Assembly: GCA_040222015.1 (NCBI GenBank)
Contig: JAVJWO010000027.1
Span: 1 to 40,603, forward strand
Reading direction: 5' to 3'
Source of the DNA: Coleofasciculus chthonoplastes F2-STO-03
Lineage (GTDB): Bacteria > Cyanobacteriota > Cyanobacteriia > Cyanobacteriales > Coleofasciculaceae
DNA: 40,603 nucleotides
A program made the position numbers and the translations under genes. Below, piece by piece: positions 1-10,281 of this stretch (the stretch's first letter is position 1; each line of letters starts with the position of its first letter). The notes beneath the pieces were generated by a model. The model was not told the origin of the DNA and did not search any database. It saw nothing but the letters and a program-made list of their open reading frames with translations.

Positions 1-59
1 CCAACTTGAGTAGAAAATGTTAAGCTGAGAGCGATCGCGGTAGATGCAACGAGTTTCAT
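1..59 (-). CDS. 5' end of a probable secreted protein running off the window (MKLVASTAIALSLTFSTQV...)
   Basis: ATG at 59 on the minus strand, preceded by GGAGAAAAGAAA. The translation looks like a signal peptide. Only 19 codons are visible. Confidence 0.55.
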   Translation of the reverse strand, partial: MKLVASTAIALSLTFSTQV

Positions 60-896
60 TTTTCTTTTCTCCGAGTAGATGTACGAACCTGTGAGCTTGG
101 TGTGATTCACCTAGCTCTGAAAATTTGAGAGATAACTTGCTCTTATTAGAGACCTTTTCTTCAGTTGTTGGAGTTACCCTGTCAGTGGCGCACCCGATTA
201 GTCGAAATTTGAGAGAAATCTTTTTCTGCCACTGCTCTATAGTTAAACTATAGCAAGAGAAAAAACAGAATCTGTGATCTTTATCAAAGCTTCATTGAGA
301 GTTCATACACCCTTAATAAGCGTATCTTATGGCTTAAGTTTTCTTTACAGAAGTTCTGGATTAAGTAATACACTGAATTTACGGCGTTAGATGAAATTAA
401 ACGTAATACTCAAAACTGTAGATTATAGGCTATGACTGTAGTTGAACCGTAATACATTTGAAATACATCCTGGGTTTAGTGGTGTTTGAGTTACGGTTAT
501 CAGTTGAATCGGATTAAATTATTCGTCGAGGCGGAGCGGACTTCCTTTTTCCGTCCAAGTGAGATATCTCGATTCTTCGCTGAAGGGTTGCAACAGTCAA
601 ATCCTTATGGTGCATGGGTTGCTTTTTATTCTTTTGTCAGAGTTTTTTAACCAAGTAAGTTTATGTTAAGAGTTGTAATGTAAGATTTTCTTATATTAAA
701 GATTATGACGCAATAATTCGTAACTTTAAACTTACTATAGAATTACTGACATGGTTTCGCTTCACATCTCCCACCATACTGAGTTACAAGTAAGTACTTT
801 TACTCAGCCTCCTGAAGATAGAACTCTTTCCCTCCCAGGTTGTTCCAGACATACCCCTCACATCTGCATAGCGGGAAATTCCCATGAATCTTGCCT

Positions 897-1086
897 TTAT
901 AGCAATTTCCGGTTTGATTCGATACATCAGGGCGCAAGCTTTGCGCCCCTACATTGCCCCTACATTTAGATGTTTAGGACACATTATTTATGTAGAGACG
1001 CGCCATGGCGCGTCTGGAACAATGGTGACGAAAGTCCTAATCGATGTGTCTACTGCTATACCTCACACGCTGGGAAAGCGCTGTAA
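897..1086. mobile_element. Composite (nested) IS630-like MITE with REP hairpins
   Basis: The outer ends TTATAGC-N18-ATACA (897-926) and rc TTACAGC-N18-GTA (1059-1086) match the ends of the 33612 element. The inner end 1034-1060 is identical to the rc of 40203-40229. REP hairpins lie at 930-952 and 992-1015. Confidence 0.7.
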
Positions 1087-1395
1087 GTTTATTTTGGGCG
1101 GAAAGATACTCAATCCATTGCCTTGATTCCGCAACACGCTTACCTTGAACTCACATCCACCCGCATTAAAAATCTCAATCGTGAAAATTCGGTGAAAGGG
1201 AAGTCAACTCAGTCTCATCTGATCAGGTGTGCAGCCATCTCAAGAGACTATTTTCCCAATGATCCTTGAACCATAAATCGCTACAATCAAACTCTAGTAA
1301 GCATTTTAGCCATTTATAGTTCTTTTGTACTTTTATGATTGGGTTAAAAGATTTCAATGTACTGAGGACTTCGGCTTAAAAAAAATTAAGAAAAA

Positions 1396-2394
1396 TTAAT
1401 TTTTTTCTACCTGAAGCGCCGTGTCTGGGAAATCGCTGAAAAGTCCATCAATTCCCAGCCGATAGAATTGCTGATACTCCAACTCAGGATTCCCTTGATA
1501 GTCTGGGGCGAGAAAAACCGCTTCATTGCGAAATGTCCACCCATGAACCTGTAAACCTTGAGCATGAGCCTCATCAAGTAAAAAGGTAGGGGGTAACAAG
1601 TAGCCATCTGCCCTTGTGGGTACAATTAAACGTTTGTTAACTCCGATCGCATCTGCATAATCAGCAATTTCCCTTAACCCCTGAGGCGTTACCAGATCTC
1701 GATACGTCCGATTGCTATTGTCATGGTGTTGAGGATGAGCGATAAAATCGTAGGGTTGACCGATGTCATTCACTAACTGTACCAAGGATACATCGGTGAT
1801 TTGCTTGAGCGCTTTCAAGTTCGCCGTTTCAAAGGATTGGATGAACACAGGAGAGTTGCGATCGCCCAATCCGTACTGGTTGAGAATGTTTACCAACGGT
1901 TCTTCTAACGAGATTCCGATCGCGTTAAAGTAGGTGGGATGCTTGGTTTCTGGATAAATGCCAATCATGCGTCCAGTTGCAGCACTTTGACGTTGAACTA
2001 GCTCAATAATATCTACCAGAGTAGGGATATCAAACAACCCATCTAATTTTGTCGAACGCAGGTGAGGTAATCGTTCTTTGACTCGTAGGGTTTTTAGTTC
2101 TGCCAGAGTAAAGTCCTCAGTAAACCAACCCGTGACAGTTTGCCCATCAATCATTTTAGTAGTTTGGCGATCGCGAAATTCTGGACGAGTCGCCACATCG
2201 GTAGTACCCGAAATTTCGTTCTCGTGACGCGCCACCAATACCCCATCCTGTGTCATCACCAAATCGGGTTCAATATAATCCGCCCCCATCTGAATCGCTA
2301 ATTCATAAGCCGCGAGGGTATGTTCGGGACGATAGCCACTTGCGCCTCGGTGAGCAATCACCAAAGGACGGGATTTTTGGTCACGCGATCGCAT
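1396..2394 (-). CDS. Glycerophosphodiester phosphodiesterase (GDPD, GlpQ/UgpQ-like)
   Basis: Motifs IAHRGASGYRPEHT, YIEPDLVMTQDG, ETKHP, IQSF and DGLFSDFP. Start moved to ATG 2394 because the upstream extension is MITE sequence. Confidence 0.92.
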   Translation of the reverse strand: MRSRDQKSRPLVIAHRGASGYRPEHTLAAYELAIQMGADYIEPDLVMTQDGVLVARHENEISGTTDVATRPEFRDRQTTKMIDGQTVTGWFTEDFTLAELKTLRVKERLPHLRSTKLDGLFDIPTLVDIIELVQRQSAATGRMIGIYPETKHPTYFNAIGISLEEPLVNILNQYGLGDRNSPVFIQSFETANLKALKQITDVSLVQLVNDIGQPYDFIAHPQHHDNSNRTYRDLVTPQGLREIADYADAIGVNKRLIVPTRADGYLLPPTFLLDEAHAQGLQVHGWTFRNEAVFLAPDYQGNPELEYQQFYRLGIDGLFSDFPDTALQVEKN

Positions 2395-2403
2395 CCTTAT
2401 ATA

Positions 2404-2493
2404 TATAGCACTACGAGGATAGGTTAGGACATCAGTTGTTCCCAAGCGAGAACAGGGAACAGGGAACAGTAAAGAATCAAGGTAGCTGCTATA
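2404..2493. mobile_element. MITE-like element TATAGCA...TGCTATA with GGGAACA cargo
   Basis: The left end is TATAGCA-N13-TTAGGAC, as in the 40203 element. The right end TGCTATA lacks the inner motif. GGGAACA heptamers lie inside. Confidence 0.6.
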
Positions 2494-2522
2494 TGTCTGT
2501 CCTCAAATCAGCTCTAATGTTT

Positions 2523-2576
2523 GCTTCCCCAGCTTCCCCAGCTTCCCCGGCTTCCCCCGCTTCCCCCGCTCCCCCT
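2523..2576. repeat. 9-mer tandem repeat (GCTTCCCCN)n between the SDR and GDPD genes
   Basis: gcttcccca/gcttccccg/gcttccccc units. Related arrays occur at about 3473-3522 and (reverse) about 9528-9560. Confidence 0.85.
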
Positions 2577-2606
2577 CACCACAGCACTTATTCAGCAGCC
2601 CCTAAT

Positions 2607-3266
2607 TTACCAGGGTAATACTTCCCCCTTAGCGTGCCAAAACGTACCAGAATTTTCCAAGTTGAGCTGATCAATACGGGCTAAAAGTCCCTGAACAGCT
2701 TCCTGGGGAGAAATACCATTATGACCTGTCATGTCTGTACTCACCATACCCGGATGGAGAATAGCCACGGCAATTTGACGGGGTTTTAAATCAATTGACA
2801 GAGACTTACCCGCCATGGAAACGGCGACTTTAGACATGCGGTAGCCGTAATAATTACCAGAAGTGTTGTCTTCAATTGAACCCATGCGGCTAGTCATGAT
2901 CGCAACCTTAGCACCCGTACCCAAATTGGGGAGTAAAGCTTGGGTAACACGTAACGCGCCCAACGCATTTACCTCAAACTGCTGCCGGATAGCATCAAAG
3001 TCAAGCTGGGGGAGGGTATTTTTCCGCAAAATTCCGGCATTGTTAATCAATACATCGAGAGGAGTATTCTTTAAACGTGATGCTAAGTCAGCAACAGAGT
3101 CATCTGAGGTGATATCAATCCCCGTCTCCACCCGGATACCCAAGCTGTCGAGGGCTTCAGACGTTTTTCGACAAACTGCGATCGCCGTTTCTCCTCGTTC
3201 AGTTAGCTGCCGGCAATACTCTAAGCCGATACCTCGGTTTGCGCCTGTTATTAAATAAGTTGCCAT
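2607..3266 (-). CDS. Short-chain dehydrogenase/reductase (CsgA/C-factor-like)
   Basis: TGANRGIG, NNAG and the YRMSK catalytic YxxxK motif, plus LHPG. Confidence 0.92.
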   Translation of the reverse strand: MATYLITGANRGIGLEYCRQLTERGETAIAVCRKTSEALDSLGIRVETGIDITSDDSVADLASRLKNTPLDVLINNAGILRKNTLPQLDFDAIRQQFEVNALGALRVTQALLPNLGTGAKVAIMTSRMGSIEDNTSGNYYGYRMSKVAVSMAGKSLSIDLKPRQIAVAILHPGMVSTDMTGHNGISPQEAVQGLLARIDQLNLENSGTFWHAKGEVLPW

Positions 3267-3291
3267 GCCATATTGATGTAAATTTAATCCC

Positions 3292-3414
3292 TACTGGTGT
3301 GGCACACCTTATTTGATGAATTAGAATTACGCCCGGAAACCGTAGGGGCGCAAAGACTTGCGCCCGATTCAATGGTAAAATCTATTCCACCATTTTAGCT
3401 GTGCCACGCCACTA
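3292..3414. mobile_element. MITE-like element with imperfect 15-bp TIRs and a central GTAG REP
   Basis: TACTGGTGTGGCACA versus rc TAGTGGCGTGGCACA (13/15 match). REP GTAGGGGCGCAAAGACTTGCGCCC at 3342-3365. Confidence 0.65.
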
Positions 3415-3472
3415 CGCTATTGTGCCAGATACGGTTGAGATATTACAGCACTCTTTATACATCCCAAGTTAC

Positions 3473-3522
3473 CCTGCTCCCCCTGCTTCCCCTGCTTCCC
3501 CTGCTCCCCCCGCTCTCCCTGC
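3473..3522. repeat. 9-mer tandem repeat (CCTGCTYCC)n
   Basis: About 5 imperfect units downstream of tamB. Confidence 0.8.
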
Positions 3523-3575
3523 TTTTCACCTTAAGTTGACACCAATGCGGTAAAACCCGCCCCTACACCCCCGCG

Positions 3576-6500
3576 CTAAAATCGCCGCCTGTATTCAATA
3601 ATCGCCCGACTATCCCCGGAAAAATCAGTCCCCCCCCGCAACAGCACATTATCATTCAGCCGATAACGCAGATTGTATTGGAAAGGTTCCCCAGTCGTTA
3701 ACTCCTTCAACACCGACACTGAGAAATTTTGGCTGATATCAATCCCCGCCTCAGCTGCAAATCCCAAACTCGAAGCCCGTTCTTCATCATCAGGAATAAT
3801 CGTCGGAAATAGACGAAACTCACTCAACGGTAACGCATCCGCAATAAAATTACCCACAGGTCCCAAAACCGCTGAACCCGCCAAATTCGCTAAACCCAAC
3901 GTACTATTGCCTCGCCCTAAGGTATCCACAAACCCCCCACCCAACATCGCCACAATTTCCGCTTCGCTGCGTGCCGGTGTACTCGTCAATTCCAACCGAT
4001 CCTCCAGTTGAGACGCCGGTCCTTCCACCTGGGCGATAACCCGAACCGTTTGCACCGCGCCCAACTCAAAATCAGGCACATCAGCAATTTCCGCAGTCTG
4101 GGCGTTTGTCGGGAGTCGCCGTTGGGTCGCTTCGGCAACTGATGTGACTAAACGCACATCTAAATAGGGATCAAGCCCTTGACCGGGAATAAATTCTGCT
4201 GTATTTTCATGCCCCCGCGCCAACCGGAATTGAGTGGTAAATAAATTCACCTGACCTCGTTTTAGCCGAATCAAACCATTAGGTCTTAAATTATCAACCG
4301 ACCCATTCACGGACGACCCATTTAGGGTTAATGTCCCTTGGGCGAGGAAGTTCAAAATCGGCGCTTTTCTAATTTGAATATCGTCCGCCAACGTGATTTT
4401 TAAGTCATTGAACTCGAAGACAATTCCAGACTCCGAATCACCCCCAACCATTGCTGTCCCCGTTCCTGTACTCCCGCCTTGATCCGGTAGCGGGATGATG
4501 CCATCCACTAAATTAATTTGACCACTAATGGTGGGATTCAAGGCTGTCCCAGTCAACACCACTTGACTTTGTTGGATCTGACCTCTGTATTTGGCTTTCA
4601 AGTTCAGGGCTAATTCACCGATATTCACGGTGAGTGGATTGGGTTGAGTAATCGGCTGGGAGATGGGCAGGGTTCCGGCAGCGGTAATTTGACCGCCACC
4701 ATAGTTTGCGGTCAAATTCTTCACATTAACCTGGTTAAAGTTAAACTCAATTTCGCCCCTCACATCCTCTAGGGGTTCAGGTAGGGCTTGTGAGGCAATG
4801 GTTGCCCCTGCCACTGTGGCAATTCCCTCTGCCCTGAGTCCTTTGAGACCCCCTTGTTTTTGATCAAAGCTGCCTTGAATCTCTAAATTAACGTTGCCGC
4901 TTCCCTCTCTCCATGCAACCTGCTGGCGGGTGAGGATATTTAATAACGCTAATCCTTCGTTTTCCACATTCACACTCAGGCGAAGTGTGTCACTTTCTGG
5001 GGCGACGGCGTCGGGAATGGGTAACTGATAGGGAATACTTCCCTGAACCCTCAATTGAGAGTCACCCTCAGGGGTGGGTATACTTTCGGCTAAAAACCTC
5101 AACCGGGCGTCACTATAACTGAAACTCCCCTGTAAGGTGTCAATGTTTTCTTGATTCAGCGTTGCCTCAGTTACCTTCACTGATCCTCTGGCTTGGGGAT
5201 TCTCTAAACTCCCCGACAGGGTGGCTGTGGCGTCTAGATTACCACTAAAAAAGCCGATCGCCGGCGGTAAATCCACCACGTCTCTGATTAGGGCGATGGG
5301 GAAGTTTTCCAGGCGTAACTGACCCGATTGGGTTTCACCACCAATTGTCCCGGAAAATGTTGCTAAACTGTCTTGCGATCGCAAGGTAACCGGCAGTAGA
5401 GTCAGTACCCCCTCTTGGAAGCTGCCTTGAATTGTTGCCTGGTTAACCTGATAATCACCCCATTCCCAGTCTTGTCCCTGGAGGTCAAATTTGGCATTAA
5501 TTCCCGATGCATAAGACCCACTAATCCGTACCGTACCGCTAAACGTGCCATCTAACTCCTCTAAATCCGGCAGAATCTCCGCCTCTTCCTCCGCCTGTTG
5601 CCGTTGTCGCAGTAGAGTTTCAATTTCCGAGAGACGGCGCAGTTGAGTTTGCAGTTTGGCTTGGGGCATTCCCACTTGGGCGATATCCAAGGGTACCGTG
5701 GGGGTGGTGGGTGGTATTGTGGTCAGGTTGATTAACTGCAAACCCGCCACCAAGGTTTCCAGTTGCCCCTGTTCAATATCCAGCGTCCCTTGAAACTGTA
5801 GACCCGTGGGCGTTTGGGTAATTCGACCTGATAGGCTATACAGATTTTCTCCTGGTGTTGCTTCCCCTGGCAAACGACTGCCAAAAATGGGACCGGTTAA
5901 TTCCACTTGGTCTAACGCCACGTCAAAGGTATTCAAATTAATTGCTACTTCCCCGGAAATATCACCCACCAAGGGTTGAGTCTCCAGGGCGACAGGCACC
6001 GGGGCGATATCTTTAATCAAGGCGATGGGAATATTTTCTGTATTCACCCGTAGCACATTACCCTGGCGCGTCCCGGTGGCGATCGCATCCCCGCGACGAA
6101 TGTTAAAGGAAACAGGAAGATAATCGGGTCCCAGGGCTAATTCAATCTGATCTGTCTCACCTTGTAGATCTAAGTCTACGCCCTCTCCCGGTATAAACGT
6201 CACTGAACCAGCGAGTTCCTCTTCAAAGGTCAACCCACTGACGGCAAAATCCTCCAGTTCTAAATTCCCCTGAACACGCGGATTCGTCACTGTCCCCGCG
6301 AACGTACCCGTAAAATCTGCCAATCCCGCCACATCCACATCCGCTGCGGCTGGGGGTAAATACGCCGAAAGTTCGGTTAACTCTAAGTTATTTGCTGCCA
6401 CATCCAGGTTAAAATTCCCCACCGCCCCAATTCCTTGATCCAACTGGGCAGGATTCACCCCAATAAACCCACTCGCAGACAGTCCCTCGGCTGTTAACTG

Positions 6501-9365
6501 TTGCAGGTCTATACCTTGACCTGTCCAGCGAAATGTGGTATTCACAGGACGGTCAATTAAAGCAAATCCTTGACTAAATCGCAGTTGACCCGCCGCCGTT
6601 AGCGATCGCGCGATCGCTTCTGGGGTTAATGTCTCTAGATTGGTTGATACATCCAGATTCCCACTGACAGTTCCCGTCAACTGTTCCCCAAACCGTGCTA
6701 ATTCAATCCCTTCCGGGTTTAACTGGGCTTGTAGCGTCCCATTATTTAACTGTACCCCCGTCGCCCTCACCGTACCTCCCGCCACGGCTAATCTGCCCTG
6801 ACCTTGGGCTTGAATCTGATCCAGTGCCACCTTCTCAAGAGAACCCGACAGGTCAAAATTTCCCGCCAACACTCCAGCAAACTGGGGTGGTAATTCCGGC
6901 GCTAACCTCGCCAACTCCAGTCCCGCCCCCTGCACATCTGCCTGCCAACGTCCGGCGGCAAGCGTAATCTCCCTTGCCCGGATCACACCTCCTGCCAAAT
7001 TAACTAGGGCATTTCCATCCCCCCGAATCGTTTCCAGCGCTAACTGATCCAGACTCCCAGACAGATTCATGATTCCGGTTAAATTCCCCGACAATTGCGA
7101 CGGTAGCTGAGGCACAACCCCCGCCAATCCCACACGATTCGCCGCCACTGTAGCTTGCCAACGACCGGCATTTACATCCAAATTTGACACCTGAACGGTT
7201 CCCCCACCCACATTCAGTTGTCCTTCACCGGCTACATTAATCGCTGATGGGGAAAACTCATCCAAGGAACCCGACGCCACAAACGTACCACTAAAAGGCG
7301 ACTCCAGTTGAGGCGGCAATTGAGGCACAAATTCTGCCAACTGAATCCGATTCGCGTCTATCCGGGCTTGCCAACGCCCCTTGTCTAGAGTCACCTCCTC
7401 CAGATTAATCCGTCCCCCAGCCGCCGTCAGCGTCACTTGACCCATCCCACTAATCCCGGAAACCGAGGGATCTGCCAGAGAACCCGACAGGGCAAACGTG
7501 GCGTTAATCGGTTCTTGTAGGGCGTCCGGAATTTGCGGGGCTAACTCTCCCAACTGCACCCCATTAGCATCAACATTAGCCCGCCAGCGCCCTTGAGAGA
7601 GTTGGATATTCTCCACGCCAATGATTCCTCCCGCCAGATTTAAGCGTCCCCTACCCTGGGCACGAATCTGGGATAAGGCAAACTGATCCAAAGGGGTTGA
7701 TAGGGTAAACTGACCCGCTACCGTCCCCTGAAATTGCGATGGCACATCAGCCAGTTGAGACAGTTCCACCCCTTGGGCTTGGACTAAGGCGGTGAGACGA
7801 TTATCCAGAACTTGCAAATTCGTCGCCGTGACTGTACCCCCAGCCGCTTGCACCGTCGCCTTTCCCGTGGCGCGGATGTTTTGCGGATTATCCAAGGGAC
7901 CGAAAATTCTGGCGGTTCCGGAGAGAGGACCAACGGGAATCGGTAGGGTGGTGTTGTAGGTTTTTGCCAGTGCAGTGGTTGGCAGGTTATTGGCTTGCAG
8001 GGTAAATTGTAACCCTCCCTTTTCCCCTAGTTCAATCAAACCTTCTCCAGTAATTTTGCCGCCGATGGTGGGTTGGGCTTGCAAGTTGCGAACGGCAAGG
8101 CGGGTGGGATCTTGCGGTTGGGCGGGTGTGGTGAGGGTAAAATCGGTACTGATCGTGCTGAAGGTGACGCGATCAATCTGAGTCGGTTTCGTGGTGACGG
8201 CTTCTCCCTTAACCACGGGTTGAGTCAACGAACCTGTGACTAGCAGGGCGGCTTTGACTTCTCCGGACAGGGGAACGGGCGTGTCTTCCAGATTAAAGGT
8301 TTGCAAAACAGGCTTAATCTGTATCGCTTGGGTTTGGGCGGTGAGATTAAATCCTGTCTCCAGATCCACGCTACCATTGGCGGTGGCGGGAATTTGCCCG
8401 AATTGAGTGGTTACATTTTCTAAGCGAATGGTTGTCTCTTTAAAGCGTAGTCGCCCATTGGTATTGGCAAAGGCTTGGGGCAGTTGGGGAACTTGGGCGG
8501 TAACGTTGTTAAGGGTGGCGTTTCCCAGAAACTGGAGGGGTTGATCGGGTTTAATCGTGATTTCTAAGTCCCCACCAACATTACCTGCATTCACGTCTAG
8601 GGGTAGGGGAATTAGCCGAGCTAGGGTACTAGCATTGACATTTTGCCCATCAACTTGTAAATGGGTGGTGCTAGTGGGGAAGAGGTGTTCGCCCTGTAGG
8701 TTAAAGGTTCCGCCACTAGCGATTTCACCTTGGACATCGAAGCGAATGATGTCATTGTCTTGTAAGAATTGACTACTCCCCTGGGGAATTGCGATCGCGA
8801 CGGGGGATTGGGGTTTGCCTTCCGTGGATCGAGGCACAAGCTGCACCTCAGCATTCCGCACCCCTAACTGTTGCAAATCTACCTCAATTGGACCCGGTTC
8901 TCCGGGTTCTTTGAGTTCTAGGGGCATCCATGATCCATCGACAGCTTGTTCGATATAGACATCAGGTTCAATTAGGGTAACGTTTAATTCTAACCGACGG
9001 TCGAATATCAGGGGAAGTAAATCATACTGAACTTCCACCGCTTCAATCGAGGCGCGATCGGGTTCGGTATCCGTAGGGGGTAAGGCGGCGCTATCAAACC
9101 GCAACCCATTCAGGGAAAAGCGTTCAACCTCGCCAATTTCTACGGGGCGTTGTAGGAGTTGGCTGAGGTTTCTCGCCACTAGAGGTGCCAACATCTGTTG
9201 GATAAAATACCACGCAAAACCCATCCCCCCAGCGATTCCCACCAGCAGGATGATACTGATCCCAATTAACCAACGCCGACGTCGCGATCGCCTGGGAGGT
9301 GGAGATTCCGGTTGCGGATTGGAATTGGATTCCGGTTCGTTACTGGGAGGGGGTACATTGGTCAT
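3576..9365 (-). CDS. tamB: Translocation/assembly module TamB-like (AsmA-like, DUF490) protein, 1929 aa
   Basis: N-terminal RRRR followed by a single TM anchor, a long Gly/beta-rich body, and a TamB-type C-terminus (GQVNLFTTQFRL...YNLRYRL...IIEYRRRF). Confidence 0.88.
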   Translation of the reverse strand: MTNVPPPSNEPESNSNPQPESPPPRRSRRRRWLIGISIILLVGIAGGMGFAWYFIQQMLAPLVARNLSQLLQRPVEIGEVERFSLNGLRFDSAALPPTDTEPDRASIEAVEVQYDLLPLIFDRRLELNVTLIEPDVYIEQAVDGSWMPLELKEPGEPGPIEVDLQQLGVRNAEVQLVPRSTEGKPQSPVAIAIPQGSSQFLQDNDIIRFDVQGEIASGGTFNLQGEHLFPTSTTHLQVDGQNVNASTLARLIPLPLDVNAGNVGGDLEITIKPDQPLQFLGNATLNNVTAQVPQLPQAFANTNGRLRFKETTIRLENVTTQFGQIPATANGSVDLETGFNLTAQTQAIQIKPVLQTFNLEDTPVPLSGEVKAALLVTGSLTQPVVKGEAVTTKPTQIDRVTFSTISTDFTLTTPAQPQDPTRLAVRNLQAQPTIGGKITGEGLIELGEKGGLQFTLQANNLPTTALAKTYNTTLPIPVGPLSGTARIFGPLDNPQNIRATGKATVQAAGGTVTATNLQVLDNRLTALVQAQGVELSQLADVPSQFQGTVAGQFTLSTPLDQFALSQIRAQGRGRLNLAGGIIGVENIQLSQGRWRANVDANGVQLGELAPQIPDALQEPINATFALSGSLADPSVSGISGMGQVTLTAAGGRINLEEVTLDKGRWQARIDANRIQLAEFVPQLPPQLESPFSGTFVASGSLDEFSPSAINVAGEGQLNVGGGTVQVSNLDVNAGRWQATVAANRVGLAGVVPQLPSQLSGNLTGIMNLSGSLDQLALETIRGDGNALVNLAGGVIRAREITLAAGRWQADVQGAGLELARLAPELPPQFAGVLAGNFDLSGSLEKVALDQIQAQGQGRLAVAGGTVRATGVQLNNGTLQAQLNPEGIELARFGEQLTGTVSGNLDVSTNLETLTPEAIARSLTAAGQLRFSQGFALIDRPVNTTFRWTGQGIDLQQLTAEGLSASGFIGVNPAQLDQGIGAVGNFNLDVAANNLELTELSAYLPPAAADVDVAGLADFTGTFAGTVTNPRVQGNLELEDFAVSGLTFEEELAGSVTFIPGEGVDLDLQGETDQIELALGPDYLPVSFNIRRGDAIATGTRQGNVLRVNTENIPIALIKDIAPVPVALETQPLVGDISGEVAINLNTFDVALDQVELTGPIFGSRLPGEATPGENLYSLSGRITQTPTGLQFQGTLDIEQGQLETLVAGLQLINLTTIPPTTPTVPLDIAQVGMPQAKLQTQLRRLSEIETLLRQRQQAEEEAEILPDLEELDGTFSGTVRISGSYASGINAKFDLQGQDWEWGDYQVNQATIQGSFQEGVLTLLPVTLRSQDSLATFSGTIGGETQSGQLRLENFPIALIRDVVDLPPAIGFFSGNLDATATLSGSLENPQARGSVKVTEATLNQENIDTLQGSFSYSDARLRFLAESIPTPEGDSQLRVQGSIPYQLPIPDAVAPESDTLRLSVNVENEGLALLNILTRQQVAWREGSGNVNLEIQGSFDQKQGGLKGLRAEGIATVAGATIASQALPEPLEDVRGEIEFNFNQVNVKNLTANYGGGQITAAGTLPISQPITQPNPLTVNIGELALNLKAKYRGQIQQSQVVLTGTALNPTISGQINLVDGIIPLPDQGGSTGTGTAMVGGDSESGIVFEFNDLKITLADDIQIRKAPILNFLAQGTLTLNGSSVNGSVDNLRPNGLIRLKRGQVNLFTTQFRLARGHENTAEFIPGQGLDPYLDVRLVTSVAEATQRRLPTNAQTAEIADVPDFELGAVQTVRVIAQVEGPASQLEDRLELTSTPARSEAEIVAMLGGGFVDTLGRGNSTLGLANLAGSAVLGPVGNFIADALPLSEFRLFPTIIPDDEERASSLGFAAEAGIDISQNFSVSVLKELTTGEPFQYNLRYRLNDNVLLRGGTDFSGDSRAIIEYRRRF

Positions 9366-9806
9366 AGTCCTTAATTCACGCCGGGAAAGAGGAGGCGGTT
9401 AGGTTGCTGGGTGAGTGCGATCGCTAGCTAGTTTCAGTCAGGGAAGGCTTAGTTTTTTACTATAGACGGATACTAGAATACGCCAATTCCCCCCATAGGG
9501 GTAGATGACTAAGTTCGTTTGGTCAAGGAAAGCTGGGGAAGATGGGGAAGCTGGGGAAGCAATTTAGAAACGTAACAGGCTACGTCTGGAAGATGGGGGA
9601 GATGTTAGCTGTTTACGTCAGTTCTACTGTCTTGTCATCAAAACCTGAGAATGTCAGGATTTGTAAATTTATTCCTCCAGAAATAGACGAGGATTACCGC
9701 AAAAAAGTATCATTAGATACAGAAATATAATCTACCTGAGAGTTTTGACTCAGATCAGTGCAGTGGATCGGTGGGTAGGTTGTGGTAATCACATTGATAT
9801 AATCTT

Positions 9807-10037
9807 ATGGATGTCGAGACAGCGATCGATTGGGATGAAGCCTTTGAATATCTACCCGGTTCTCTGGTGGAATTGAAAGCACAACCAGGAACCACATATT
9901 GTATTGACTTTTATGAACCCATGATGGTTCCCCCGATCTGGTTAGTGGATGATCCACGTCCCCGCTATCCCCACGAGTTACGGATCGTATCACGCCTGAA
10001 TGAGCGGGTTTGTTCATTAGAGTCTCAAGACGTTTAA
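9807..10037 (+). CDS. Small hypothetical protein (76 aa)
   Basis: ATG start and plausible composition (DWDEAFEYLPG...YEPMMVPPIWL). It resembles small conserved cyanobacterial proteins. Confidence 0.65.
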   Translation: MDVETAIDWDEAFEYLPGSLVELKAQPGTTYCIDFYEPMMVPPIWLVDDPRPRYPHELRIVSRLNERVCSLESQDV

Positions 10038-10281
10038 GCGCAGAAGGCTCGTTTCATCTGACAATCAAACCGAGACGCAGAAAAAACAAAATGACTTGTA
10101 GGGGCTAGTTTTACCGTTACCTGTGGCGACAAACCCCCTAATTCAATAAACCCGCCCTGCTCCCAACCATTAATGTTTATAATCCAGTTGCTGTAGGCTC
10201 TAGGTGAGTGGGTCGAGTTCCGTGAATTCTATTCGCCTAGGCTTATTGAGGGCTAAAGCCCTTACTGCGAACTACAAGTTT

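Noticed and set aside
183..234. Cobalamin riboswitch (GCCACTG motif)
   Set aside because: The other B12-element motifs (GGGAA, CTGTAA, AGCCAG.AGACC) are not present in the right order on either strand.
751..1126. ORFs 751-969 and 884-1126
   Set aside because: They are translations of MITE/REP sequence with no protein-family features.
2395..2618. N-terminal extension of the GDPD and ORF 2436-2618
   Set aside because: These derive from the 2404 MITE and the 9-mer repeat (ASP repeats).
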